Shown here in pieces: positions 11,130-24,277 of a stretch of 64,000 nucleotides of DNA. Numbering within the stretch: the first letter of the stretch is position 1; each line of letters opens with the position of its first letter. The notes beneath the pieces are model-generated. The model did no database searches and was not told the origin of the DNA. It worked only from the letters and a program-made list of their open reading frames with translations. The position numbers and the translations under genes are program-made. Source of the DNA: Epiperipatus broadwayi (taxonomy: Eukaryota > Animalia > Onychophora); assembly GCA_028023455.1 (NCBI GenBank), contig JAQFVV010000005.1:7812001-7876000 (forward strand), written 5' to 3'.

Positions 11130-12352
11130 TTTAAATCAACATTATTGAAGTTTTCTATTTTATTTCTAATTTAAATTTTTTAGAACTTTCATAATAACAC
11201 AAATGGCAATGAAAATATTTTTATCTTTATAGATAATTAAATTTTATTATTAACTACATAAGCAAATAAATTATTTTTGAAAAATTCTGGCAGAAGATAA
11301 TGCTTATATAACTTTTACCAGATAATTTTTACTCACACTGGCTACACTAATTTTTTTATCCTTTATAAACTACCAAGAAAGTTTTTTTTTTTTTTCAATT
11401 GAACTTTTGTCATGCATTTCAGATAAAATTTTATAAAATATTTGTAATTGTATATGGCAAAAGTTTTTAATATATAAATTATTTTGTATCATCATTAGAT
11501 TCTTTTTCTTTGCAATCACACAACTACAGTGTTAATGCTTTCCCCAAATTTTAAATAGCTTTTTATAGCAAATTTCTAAATCTTCATAATACAGAGAAAG
11601 ATTTCCCCCTGGAGTCTCTGATATTTTTAATCGATTTATATCAGCAATCTTGTAATTATATATATTTTAGTAAATAGGTCCAAGATCATAAATGGATTGT
11701 AACTGTACAAATTAGAAAAAAAATTTGAGTATGGGTTGGTTCCTATATTTATATATATATTTATAAATAGTCTAACATTTAAGCAAATTCCAAGAAAAAA
11801 AGTTTTTTAGATTGTATGTATATTAAAAATATTGCAATATGATAAGTTTTTCTGATGTCATTTTTCTTTACTTACAACTTTTTTATGCATTTTTCAATTT
11901 AATTTCAGCATGTTTCTGTAATCACATAAATATTTAACTTTTCCTTCTTATAAATTATTCATGTATGTTAAACAATTTATTAAAGTAATCTAATCATGAA
12001 ACAAATTACTTTTCTTTAAATAACTTGCATATTTTTAAAAATCTTTTTTTGTATTTTTGCATTAATATAACTGCAATGAAAAGTTTTATTTTTATATAAA
12101 TTCTTTAATAAATTTTAACATAACTATTTAAGTACCTTTAAAATTATATCATTGTCTTATTAATATTTTTATTTTTTTATTAACTTTTACTGATTATAAA
12201 ATATTTAAAGGAATCAACTAATATTATCATTAGATGCAATAAAATTGTTTATGAGTTTGTGTATATTTTAATAATAGCATACTGTCCAGTTACTATCAGA
12301 AAAATGGTGAATTGCTTAAAATAATTTTTTAATTTCCAATAATACTTAATTT
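11130..12352 (-). pseudogene. Decayed zinc-finger array upstream of ZNF-1
   Basis: Broken finger remnants on the minus strand: KYFHCHLCYYESSKK (~11170-11220), GE(K)..HCSC(DC)K (~11510-11550), LCDYRN (~11915-11930) and NKTFHCSY (~12065-12090). A polypyrimidine-AG acceptor (tttttttttacag) ends at 12353. Confidence 0.55.
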
Positions 12353-13899
12353 CTGTAAAAAAAAATGTTTTATATATTGTTTTAAACACAAAGCGATTAT
12401 TTTTTCCTTTTTTTATCCATTATTTATTTTTCAAACATATCCTGGAAATGCTTCTGTTAATTATAGATTTTGTTAGAATAAGGATTGTTAAATAAATTTC
12501 TAATAATCCACAAATAATTAAAATTCATGAAATAAAAAAAAAATTTTAGTTAAATTAAAAAAAAAAAGATCAATATGCAAATTATTTACAAGCCTTATTA
12601 CAAAATCCAGATAGCAATCAATATTTAAATCCAAGATAATTTTCTATTTTAAAATATTTTAATCATATCCCACCTGTCACACAGAGAAAAATAAGCTCAA
12701 TTAACATTTTAATAATAATTAAACCTTACTTGAAATTAATAAAACTTTTAGGGAACAGATTTATTCCACCCAACATTTAACTTCAATTCATGTTGATTCA
12801 TAAAATTATCCAACATATAATTATACTAATGATGTATTAAAATCCATACATCTATAAATTTTGAAGATAACTTCTTTTCTTTCCATAAAATATATTTCCT
12901 ATGTAAAGCCCATACGGAGAAAGTTAGGTGGTATAGAACTAAGACTAACTTAACAATCCTCTAAATCTAGTATTTGAAAAAATTTAATATTTACACTTAC
13001 ATCAAATATTATGGAAAAATTCACAATATTGCAATGTATAGTTTTCCTGATTTTAAATTCAGCAAACTTGAACTATTCAATTTTAAAAGGCATAAACACT
13101 GCACTGAGCTTTCATGAAAATTTCAGCATATCTTGTCACTAATATCCACCTATAGTACCCCTATGTACCATTTGCTTATAATTTTTTTTCTTTTTAATAA
13201 ATTTAAATGAGTATTCACATGTTTCAATTAAAATCAGTATTCACTTGTTTATCGTCATGTTCAGTATTAGTGATTCTAGTCACGGATCAAAAATGTAGTT
13301 CAGATTCTCTACTTTTTCAGAAAGTCATAGTGAACAGTAAAGTGTATACTTAGCAGTCACTGATGAAATAATTACCAGACAATAAATAATCATTCAGCTG
13401 ATTAATGATATCATGGAATTGTTTTTACATATAATATCAAATTATAATCAATCACAGATCAACACTAGAGAATTGCAGTATGTCATTGGGTGGCACTTAC
13501 GTAATTCAATGAACACAAAAATTCATATGGCTTTTCTTTTTTAGAAAAAAAGCAAGTAGCAAGCTGAAGTTTTTCACATATGGCTGAAGTTTTTCACATA
13601 TGGTTCACTGACAGTCTAAAAAAAAACAAAAGCAAAACAAGTAATATATGAATGATATTAAAAATAAAAATTCTTTAAGATAACAAATATATACAGTTTT
13701 TACAATATAACTACTATTCTCTATAACAATATGCATTCATAAAAAAAAAAAACCCAGAAGTAGAAAAATAACTTTTAAAGCTAGTTTTGTTATATGTATG
13801 TTATATATAAGAAGCACAAACTTGTAAGCAATAGAATTTATATTTATTGAAAAAAAATATTCTTGCTTGTCTCTCTAAAATAATTTGAATGATTCAATA

Positions 13900-15160
13900 T
13901 ATTTATGTTTGAATTAATAGAAATCCCGATATTTTAAATGAAATTTCAAAAAAGAATCATAGGGACTTTATTCAGGATTACACAAAAAAAATTTACTTTA
14001 AACAGTTCTGCAAAATTAACAATTAGTTCATCATCGATTTCATAATTAAAATATTTCTTTTTCTCAACCTTTTATTTTTAAATTCCAGAATTACATCCAA
14101 ATCTTCTAGGACTGTTTTTGCCTCAATTAATACTTCTTGAGCCCAGTATCTTTGTATTTGGTCAACCAACATAATAATTTTTCAAATGAATTGCTGCAGA
14201 AATATCAACAGAATCACTTTGAAGTTCCTTGCTAATAAAATTTACCTGGAAAAATAAATTGTACTAAAAAATGAGGGATACTATAAACTTATAAGCTTTT
14301 CATGAGTGCAAGTAATTCTGTATTTTAACTTGAAGATCAGCTGATGTTTCTGATATTCCAAGAAGTGCATCATGGACTGCAACTACCTGATATCTTATCT
14401 CATCAAAACTTTCAATGTGATATTCCTACCTTGTATTACAAAGAGGCTTCATGATAAAACCTTTAATATATTTACAGAGAAGTGATCATCTCTAGAGTTG
14501 ATATTCCCACTCTGTATTGCAAAAAGACTTCATAATAAAATCTTTGACATATTTATGAAAATTGGCTATCTCTTTGTGGATGATACCAAAGAAAGTTAAT
14601 GCAACAGGGTAAGTTTTAGGCTGTATCTGACAAAACAAAATATAATTATATGAGCACCAGGTATAAAAATACCCTTAAATTTTCCTTTAAGAATCTAGCT
14701 TGAACTCCAGAATTTTTCTCTTTTTTTTTGAACCATTATCATATCCATGTCCCTTTATTCTATTAATGTTTAATTATAGAGAATTAATTTCTCATTTTAG
14801 CACAGCTTATAAATTTTCTCTGGAACTACTTTCTACATTCACAAAGTTATTAAACTGTTCATAAACATCAATGATTATCAACAAAGACATATCTGAGTAT
14901 AAGGGACATTTGTTTTTGGTGGCTGATATCTGGAATACAGTCAAGAATAATGGAAAAATACTTTCCTGATTTTATTAAATCTCTATTCTGATTTTGGATT
15001 TTAATTCCCATTACCTATATTAATTCATTTTGATTTGTTTTGCTTAGATCAGAAATGGGAAACTCCAGCCCATAAGTAAATTCTATCATTTGAAAGATTT
15101 TACTGCAGTCTGCAGACATTTTCAAAAACATATATAAAATGGCCCTGTATAAAACTTCTA
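13900..15160 (-). mobile_element. hAT transposase pseudogene (ZMYM1/DUF4371-like)
   Basis: Motifs [37 protein letters not shown] (~14880-14970), IKGHGYDNGS (~14730-14760), SGVQARFLKEN, VNFISKELQSDSVDISAAI and EVLIEAKTVLEDLDV, with many stops and frameshifts. Confidence 0.85.
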
Positions 15161-15459
15161 TAAAAACCATGTGCATGTGCAAATATTGAATTAAAAGTTA
15201 AATAAAATAAAATATTTATTTTCTCAACATCTTTTTTCTCTATAACATTTATAATAGTTCTAATTCTATTAGAAATGCAATATTCTAACAAATTATGTAT
15301 ATTATGTGCTCTATCTAACAACAGATTAATCTAAGCTGCTAATGACATTTTGTTTGTTTTTATAGTGACTTTTGCATACAAAGTAAATGAGCAAAAATAA
15401 AAATAGAATTTTACTTAGTTTTATTATTATTACTTTGCATTTAATTTTTTTTTATTAAG

Positions 15460-15900
15460 ATGGCTAAAGTGAGTAAGGTAAGAAAAACTGACAGAAATTT
15501 GCAACATTTCAAAAGAAATGGACTAAAACAAATTATTTTTTTATGTAAAAAAAAAAATAGTAAATCAATGTGCCAGACATGTCTGGAAAATATTTCTGTT
15601 AATAATAAAGAATATAATATTAAGAGACATTATTTATCAAAACATTCCAATTATAATAAAATTGTTAGGGAAGAAAGAAATATTCAAATAGAAAACTTGA
15701 AAGGATCTTCAAGTGGCTGTGACATGTTTTGTAAATAGTACAAATTACATTATTAAAAAAAAAATAATAGAAAATTTGAAATCATTTTCTGAAGGGAAGT
15801 TTATGAAAGAATGCATCTTAGTGGTGTAGAATTAATCTGCCCCAGAACATATAAAAAGAAATTTGAGAATATAAATGTCACAAAATTAGGGTCTAAGAAA
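15460..15900 (+). mobile_element. 5' fragment of GTF2IRD2/SPIN-like hAT transposase (BED-type finger)
   Basis: MCQTCLENISVNNKEYNIKRHYLSKH...EERNIQIENLK; homologous to 23436-23762 on the minus strand. Confidence 0.7.
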
Positions 15901-15924
15901 AATCTTTTTTTTTGCTTTTTAATG

Positions 15925-16204
15925 AAAAACAGACAAAACTCTCTATACATATTGCCACTCAGTGCAAGCTAGAGTAATCAATGGATGCCAGAAGGCTTGT
16001 GCGTAAAATCCCCATTTAGTGCCTACTCATCCAATATTACCAGACTAGTTTCTGACTTGTGGCCTTTGTCACTGCATGCACAAGCCTTCTCGCATCCAAT
16101 GATTACTCTGGCTTGCACTGAGTGGTAATATGTATAGAGTTTTGCCTGTTTTAATAACAGTTATAAGCAAGCATAAGAAATGGTGATCATATGATGTTTT
16201 ATTA
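15925..16204. mobile_element. Family A fold-back insertion with half hammerhead
   Basis: Inverted arms at about 15930-16003 and 16078-16150. The left arm carries ccagactagtttctgacttgtggcc (reverse complement of stem II-GAAA-CTAGTC), but the CUGAUGA core is lost at the junction. Imperfect TSD CTTTTTAATG / CTTTTTAGTG at 15915-15924 and 16205-16214. Confidence 0.8.
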
Positions 16205-16299
16205 CTTTTTAGTGCATTAGTTTTAAATTAAATAAAAATACTTTTAAAAAATATTTTATATATATATTATTATTTAGTATTTGGGCATATATAATAAAA

Positions 16300-17200
16300 T
16301 CGATTACAAAATTTTTCTTTTTATGAAGACAGTGGTTTAAAAAAGCAAGTTTTATCTTAAACAATTCAAAGAGACATTAAGATTTCATCCTTCATTTCTT
16401 TTTTTTCTTTTTTAATTAATTGTAAATGCCCCTAAAATTTCAGTTTTTTTTTTCCAAACTAAATAAAAGCATTTTCTTAAAAAAATATAGTGCTGTGCAA
16501 GACTAAAACTTTACTGAAGTGATATGAATATGGCTCACCAATAGTTACAAACCTGAAATATTGTAATATTATATTGCATTGTTATCCAAATCAAATATGT
16601 ATACAAAATTTGAAGAAAATTCATTCATTCTAATCAAAATCTTGCATTACCATCTATACCAAATACATGTTAAAATTTGGAAAAAGTCTACTTAACAGAA
16701 GTAGGTTAAAAATTAGTTACAAGATTTTATTTTTTCTTAAGGCAGTGGTTTAAAAAAGCAAATTTTATGTAAACAATCCAAAGAGAAATTAAGATTTCAT
16801 TCTTTTTTTTTCTATTTTAATTATTTTCTCTCTATTTTAATTAATTGTAAATCCTAAAATTTATCCCTCAAATTAAATAAAAGCATTCAAAAGTCAGTTG
16901 TAAGATTTTTGTTTTTATTATGACAGCTGTTTTAAAAAAAGTTTAATGTAAACAATACAAAGGGAAATTAAGATTTCATCTTTTTTTTTTTTTTCTATTT
17001 TAATTAATTCCCTAAAATGTTGTCCTGGAATTAAATAAAAGAGTCTGCTCAAAACATATCATGCCTTCTATTGCCATTGAAAATGTGGTTTGCCAATTAC
17101 TGATAAGTTGAAAAACCCTAAAATATTGCATCATCAAAATTTAACATGTGTACAAAATTTGAAAAAAAATCCATTCAGTAATATATTAAAAACCAGTAAC
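16300..17200. repeat. Diverged tandem repeat, three copies of a ~170-bp unit with two related spacers
   Basis: gacag(t)ggtttaaaaaag...aaacaat.caaag.ga.attaagatttcat...ttttaattaatt...aattaaataaaag at about 16305, 16720 and 16905. Spacers share tgt.tacaaaatttgaa.aaaat.cattca. Confidence 0.65.
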
Positions 17201-17399
17201 AAGATTTGATCCAAATAAACGGAGGTCTTAAATAAAAGCATTTGATATGCTTATTTAAGAATCTTAGCATCACTGTAGCTCAATGTGGGATTTGGCCAAT
17301 TGTTTTAAAATCTTTACTTTTCAAAACCTGAATTTTAATTGCCGAGAGAAAATCTAATGACCATTCGTAAGAATAGTAGATTGTTATAAATTTTATCTC

Positions 17400-19100
17400 A
17401 TTTAGTTAAATAATTTCTTCTCAGCATCTTCAATAATTAAACTGGGATTTCATTCATATCCTATGCTTTGCAAATTTTCATTTCTTTCAAAGCTTTTACA
17501 ACTTATTTCATCATTGTGCAAAATACTTCATTCTTATTTATTTATATTTTTCAATCAACATATATAAATATTCATTTCTTTTATTCTATATATCGCTTTT
17601 CTGAATAGTTTAGTGCAATGATAAAATGGCAAATTCTGGAGCTCAAGATCAATATCAATGGATTAAAGTCCCAGTTCTGTCATTTTCAGTACACAAACTT
17701 CTGATGAATTCCTAAGAAATAAAGCCATTTTATTTTTTAAATACATTGCTTATATATTTTTTACCATTACTTTGCTACATTCATAGTCTTCTAACTTCAA
17801 TTATTGGTTCATTAATCAGTTTACCAGTCAAATTAATTCTTTTATTCTCCTACATAGTGACCTTCCTTATCTTGATAATTCCTCTAAATTCCTACATTCT
17901 CCTAACTATTCACTCTTAGTTTTATGTATTTTTTATTTTAATTCACCAATGAATCTTTTATACAAATGTCTTCATCTTCCATTTCATTCATTTTATTACT
18001 TAATATGATTTTCACATTCTTACTTTTTTAAAAATATACCATTTTTAGTGCAATGCATTTTAAATTACAATGAACTTTTTTTTTTTATAACTTATTTTAT
18101 CATTTGGCTTAACAATATTTATACTTATTTAACAAATCTAAAAATTGTTCCATGATATTCCCTTCAGTTTTCCACTAATCCATTTCTTTAGTTTTTCAAC
18201 TTCTTTGGCCTGTTTTAAAATATAATCTAAACTCTATCCCTATTAATATATGACCTCAATCCATATAGAAAACTCTAGCAAGTACAGATCCACTCTTAAT
18301 AATGTTTATAAATATTTTCCAATTAAATCTACTCCTATTAACTAGACCCTTCCATATATATTTCTCTTTGAACTATGTGTTTATTATTACCATTCTATTT
18401 TTTTCAAAAATTAATCAGTATTTCATTTTTATTATTTCAAAGCTCTAATTCATCTTCTCCTATTCCCTTACTATCTTTTATTTGTTCCACAACAGTATTC
18501 TAATTTCTTGTAATTTCTTTTTTTTTTCACAATCATAGTCCTCTATTTGGTATTGTATTCTTGAATAATAACTAAATATTTTAAACTACTGAAATATAAT
18601 TATTAAAAATCCATTATTTACACAAGTTCTCATCTCCAAAACAATATCTTCAAAATAAAAATACTTTTACATTTTCATTCATTTCATCATATTGCATCTA
18701 CTCTTTTCACAAAGTATTACAATATCTGGTTTATTTTTCAACTTTAACAATCAATTTACTAATTATTGTATGGCTTATTTATAATCTAATATATCTAGTA
18801 TTTATTCTTAAAAAAATTTAACTTCAAGTCACAAATCAGTAATCATAAGTGGACCGATACCTCACAATCCTGGAAATGTTTATCTAATACAGTTTTGTTC
18901 TTTTCTTTATTTATTAACTTTCACTATTTCAATTTTTTCTTGACATTTTTGTTACTCCTCTATTTGATTTTTTTTTTGTTTGTTTGTTTTATACTATCTA
19001 AATTTTGTTAAGCTTTCTATGGATATCATTTTCCTAATAAATATATACCAAACTTCATATTAATAAAGTGTAAATTTCTACTGTATTTACTAATATTTTT
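17400..19100 (-). mobile_element. Heavily decayed LINE-like RT region
   Basis: Purine-rich minus strand with remnants DI.KA (~19010-19025), (A)EDIVL (~18635-18650) and KTGQRS..KKWI (~18180-18215); composition resembles the 5.6-8.5 kb LINE. No long ORF. Confidence 0.35.
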
Positions 19101-19229
19101 CTTAAATTTCATATTATTATTAATAATCCAATCTATAATTTTTAGTTTTATTAATACTTATTCTCTACCCCATTAAATAAAATAATCACTCAATATAACA
19201 TTTTCTTTTTCATCAAAAAATTTATGACT

Positions 19230-19930
19230 TACGAAATATGCATCTAGATTTTCAATGATGAAATCCTGTAAACCATTTGCCTCTACTATTCACAGAAATA
19301 TGGCACTTTCCTCACTAGCAATGAAGCTAGTGTCATATTACAATCATATTGTTTATTTATAGTTTCTGTTTCAACAATCAGTTGATTAGTTCGTATTAAG
19401 CTATAACTTGCACTATTTAAAAATTGCTATTTATTCATTTATCAATTACTTTTGGATGTCCAAGGTTGTGACAGAAATAAAAATCCTAAGCCCAGTTATG
19501 ATCTATAAAAAAACTTCATGGTTTATCTGGTATAACCTTAAACTCTGAGTCATGTTTGATAGCTAAGCAATTATTAATTTTGATTAAATAAAAATAAAAA
19601 AGAAGACAAAAAATGCAATTGTTCATTAAGATTAAAAAAACAACCGAAAATGGGATACATATTATACAACTTGTCAAAGTTGCAAGATCAATAGTAATGG
19701 AACTTTAAATCTATTTCAACTGCAACTAATAGCTATGCTATTATATCAATATTACTTCAGTCTAAAAAGTTCGAATTTGATGTAGACTAGTATAAAAATT
19801 TTTATGTGATATAACAAGGGACAACACCAAAGGACTTGTAAGGTCTGATTTGCAGGCAAGCACCAAATCTGAAAAGTGCTAAAATGAAAATGCACCATGT
19901 AGTGAAAATTCTTTTGTACATATTGTTTTT
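19230..19930 (+). mobile_element. Possible piggyBac (PGBD-like) transposase 3' relic
   Basis: Frame-broken FASTIHRN, KP.....NFM(GG)V, RKW..IIQLVKVA.INS and a terminal RTCKV...KCTM...FCTY cysteine-rich segment, in piggyBac order. No clear TTAA-TIR was found. Confidence 0.4.
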
Positions 19931-21100
19931 GTTTATGTAATGTACATACATGTGCCTTTGATGTTTAGTCTTTTGTAATGAAATCGCAGTAATTGTTTTA
20001 TTTTTGTAATACTTTCTTTGCGTTTTTTTTTTGAAATCAAGATATTATATTAAATAAAGATTCTATATAGTTATTTGTTTATTTGATTACTGTATTTAAC
20101 GTTTATGTCCAGAAAGGGAGGGGGGGGTCATATAATATATATGCAAGTGGGTACTAAAGATTCTGGCGCTGGTCCTGACTATAGTATTGTTAAAAATACT
20201 ATTAGCAAGCCTTCACGTTTGATTTGAGATATCACAATCTGCGGTAAACTGTTCAATAATAAAGTTTACCAACAAATGATTAAAAATTAGATTCTGAATG
20301 GATTTCCTAAAGTGAAAAAATAATGCTAAACACGAACAACTTAAGAATTATGTACAAAATCATCTTAAACTTTTTAACAGTCTTGGCTTGAATACGGTAA
20401 TTTAATTAGAACAATATTTACAACTTGGTTATTTTTTTTATAATTTTCATATTTAATCATTAAAATAATATGAAATAAATATATTTTATCCTGATGGGAA
20501 AACAAAACATATCTTCACTGAGAATAAACTGCTTAAACGTTCGGCAGTTAATCTTAACATATAATTATCATTAAATTACTGATATTAATCAAAATTCTTT
20601 TTACAAAGATACTATCTTAAAATAATATATCTCTAGTATAAAAATGAGAATTACATCTGAACCTTACTTTTTTTATAATTCAGGAAATTAATATAATGCT
20701 AGAACAACATAACAATAATACCTCCAACAACTTTTTTTAAGCCCTCTTTCCCGGTAGAGGTCGATACACGTTTATTATGACGAGACTAAAAGAATTTCTA
20801 GTCTTAGGGTCTTTATCTTAATTTGTTTAAAGATAAATAACTTAAATAAGATTTTTAAAAAATTATCACAGCGCTAACATTCATAGGGCTAAGGGCATTT
20901 TTAGATTTATATCTTTGAGAAATAGCTTCTATTTTTGTTTATAGATGTCGCCGCCGCCCCCCCCCCCCCTTGCGCCGGCCCCCCCCCCCCCCCCACACAA
21001 GACCATCGCTTTTGTTTTTGTTTTTTTTTTAAAAAAACCAATATATTAAATTATGCAGGATAAAGCTATGTCAATTTTACAACATTTTAAATAAATTTAA
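19750..21100. promoter_or_regulatory. CpG-retaining segment with long C-runs; candidate promoter region
   Basis: CG dinucleotides are several-fold more frequent here than in the rest of the window (hand count). C13 and C16 runs at 20957-20969 and 20979-20994. The promoter role is inference. Confidence 0.3.
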
Positions 21101-21388
21101 AAATAATGTGATTTTTAAAATGTAATAATTAAATTTTACCCACGTTTTCAGAAAAATTTATTAACATTTTAATTTTCTACTATATCTTTGTTATTTTCAA
21201 TCATTATCAATAGACAGTTGGAGATAAAGTCTCTCCGAGTTTCAAATTTTAATCTCAATAATCCATTTTACAAATGTTTTTTTTTTTTTTGCAATTCTAG
21301 TTTAGAATTTTAAATGTTCATCTACTGTCATTTTTTCAACAACATACTCATTCCAATTTCATTTTATTTTAAAGTCTTCAGTTTAGAC

Positions 21389-22993
21389 CAGCGTTTCCCA
21401 ACCTTTTTTGGCTCGTGTACCACTTGGTAGTACATCACGCTAAATTGTACCACTTCGTAAAAATGATTGTATTTCGTGAAATTTGTTATTGCAAGTGTGT
21501 TATTTTATTTGCATTATAAATATTATAGGGTGACAATGTATGTATTCACATCTCATAATGAGACAAATTACATTGAAACACGCCTAAACGTCACGCCAGA
21601 TTATAAACTCACTGAAATTATAAACTCACTGTAACATATTTATATGTATGTGTTTGTTCAAAGTTTCATATTTTTTCCAAAATAATTTATTAAAGATTAC
21701 ATTATTACATTAAAGTTATTTGGTACATATTTTGTTCAAAGTGTTTTCTCATTCCTTCATTTGGTTTTCCCAAATTTGAGTCTGTTTTCTCTTTTTCGGA
21801 GCATCTTGCTATTGGTTGGGCTATGGAGAGGATAAATCCAGCATGTCCCAAGTCATGGTAAAAATAACCTTAGGGGTTATCAGGCTATCTCTTGTTCTTG
21901 TTTTCTTTATATTGTTCAGCATGAAGTTAATAGGATTAAAATTTTGATGACTAAATACTAGCTTACATCTAGTAATCCACAATAGATGATCAAGAATTAA
22001 TGAGAGTCTAATTTCTGGATATGATCCTTTTCTGATACATTCTTTCAAATTAAATAATTTAGATTGATTTGCGATCCGACTCATTATTTATCTACTATTT
22101 TGTCATATTCGTTTACTAATAAATGGTTTTAATAAAAACACAATTATAAAAAACCAATTAATATATTTTCTTATCATAATCAAATTTAATGAGATCTTTG
22201 TGCTTGTTTCGAACAACATAATTTTTTTGAAATTTGGTTCAAAAGATGCGAGGTATCCCCTTAAGTCTACAGCTGCGTTCAATCTGTTTCGATACTTATT
22301 TTTTTAAAAAATATTTGAAGAAAAAGCTCTTCCTACTAATTCCGTAATAGTAAACGGTAATAATAATTTAAGAGCTTTCTCAGAAAGTTGTTCATATTCT
22401 TTAATGTTTAACCAAAAATTAATTAGATTGTGTCATTTGAATTCTACTTGTAAAGTTCTGTCACATGATAATTCTATTAAATTTTCTTTATTCTTTATTG
22501 ATAATGATGTAGCTCTTTCTAAATTTTCTGCATAGAAGGGGTTTGAAAGCCAATTATCATTTACGTTTTCGGGTTTTGGAAAATATTCCATGAAAGACAA
22601 TTTTAATCCTGTTAAATGTGCTATTATATTTTCTCGTATATCTTGAGACAGACTAACCTTATTTTCAAACAAAAAAATATGTAGAGTTTCGAATACTTCC
22701 AGTTGATTGTTTTCGATACTTATATATATTACTGTTTCCAAAAATCTAATTTCTTAATCATACTTTCAATTTTATCATTAACATTAAAGATCGTTATCGA
22801 CTGTACATATTAACAACTTTATTGTATAATATTATTAATTAAAATAATTTTTATGAATTATAGGAAAAAACGTTTCTATGATATTTGTATGATTTAATTT
22901 TTTTTTTTTTATGTCCGCCATTATTGATTATTTTTCGTGTACCACCAACCAGCAACTAGCGTACCACCAGTGGTACGCGTACCACAGGTTGTG
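21389..22993 (-). mobile_element. Internally deleted Buster-type hAT element (ZBED5/ZBED8/FAM200-like C-terminus)
   Basis: Left TIR CAGCGTTTCCCAACCTT at 21389, preceded by GTTTAGAC. The right end has the gcgtaccaccagtggtacgcgtaccacaggttg subterminal block with a damaged TIR. The ORF reads ENLIELSCDRTLQVEFK* then FWLNIKEYEQLSEKALKLLLPF...KNKYRNRLNA. Confidence 0.8.
21790..22085 (-). mobile_element. Possible L1/Tx1-like 3' fragment inside the Buster element
   Basis: LILDHLLWITRCKLVFSHQNFNP resembles the LW..RC...F C-terminal motif also seen in the 36.7-39.2 kb LINE (ALWCFRCKA). Weak. Confidence 0.25.
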
Positions 22994-23176
22994 AATGATA
23001 ACTATTCTCACCCGTATGTATTTTGGATTTTACTTCCATTTTGTTAAAATTGACAGCAATTATATTTTTACAAATAATCCCCGAGCACATAGATAAATTT
23101 GTATAATAAAATTTATTTAAATGCATTAATTCCTATGTACATCTATGTATTATAAATTAACCTATATGATTTACGG

Positions 23177-24277
23177 CAGGGGTGTGGAACCTTTTTAGTG
23201 TCAAGGATCATTTGGGATATTTGTAATCTCGTTTGCGGAACCCACAAAATTATCAACTTAAAAATTAGCCTATTATATTTGATCAAAAATTTAATTAATT
23301 TACCTCTAATCATGAATGTGAACAACCTTTTCAACTGGCGGGTCAATTTCAACTTTCCCCAATTAAACTAAGGCCATAATTTTTTTGTGAAATAAAAATA
23401 AAGTAACATCATTATTATTAATGATTGTTCCATATTTAATACCAATTTTTCCAAATTTGCCTTGAGATATGTTCATGACATATATTCTCAATTTTCTTTT
23501 TATGTTCTGGACTGGTTAATTCTACAGCAGCTAGGATATAGTCTAATAAATGTCCCTTCAGAAAATGTTTACGTATTTTCTGCTTTTTTAAAAAATAACT
23601 GGCTCTCACAGAATTTTTCGATATGTTTGTATTTTTTTTATAAAACATGCTTTTTAAGTTTTCTATTTTAATATTTCTTTCTTCTCCAATAATTTTATTG
23701 TTAAAATGTTTTGATAAATAATGTCTATTGACTGAAATACTTTTCCGACATATCAGGCACACTGACTAATTATTCATTTCTATAATAAAAAAAATGCACT
23801 GGTACAATTTTTTTTTAAGTGTGTGATTTTCTATATCAATTTTTCTTCTTGTACTCTGTGTTGCCATGATAATAAAATTAAAAACAAAATAATAGTAATA
23901 AAATGAAATAAAATTTGACTTTTATTTTTGTTAATTATACATTCATCAGTGAAAATCATTATAAAAACAAAATGTTCTCAGGGGCATAAATTAAATTTGT
24001 AGTCATATAAACCACACAACATAGGTAATTTGTTGGACTATTGCACTCTAATAGAATAAAGTAAAATTATTCTAAAGAATGGAAAGAGAAAAAGATGTAA
24101 TTGAGAAAATAAATATTTTATTTTATTTAATTGTTAAATCATTATTTGCAAGTATACTTGTATTGCACTACCTGTATGTTTAAACAGAAGTTTTATACAG
24201 ACCATTTAATATACATTTGTGAAAATATTTGGTGGCCATATTGAGAGCTTTGGAAGGTCAGAAGTTCCATATTCCTG
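23177..24277 (-). mobile_element. Deleted GTF2IRD2/SPIN-like hAT element with both TIRs and 8-bp TSD
   Basis: Ends CAGGGGTGTGGAACCT and (reverse complement) CAGGAATATGGAACTT. Flanks ATTTACGG / CTTTATGG (6/8 identical, central TA). The internal ORF 23436-23762 begins MCLICRKSISVNRHYLSKH. Confidence 0.85.

Noticed and set aside
13562-13602. Short perfect tandem duplications (ctgaagtttttcacatatgg x2; similar ones at ~21600, ~33850 and ~34990)
   Set aside because: Ordinary slippage or footprint duplications with no wider pattern.
16300-17200. Repeat-spacer pattern as a CRISPR array
   Set aside because: Units are ~170 bp and diverged, the spacers are related to each other, the context is eukaryotic and there are no cas genes.
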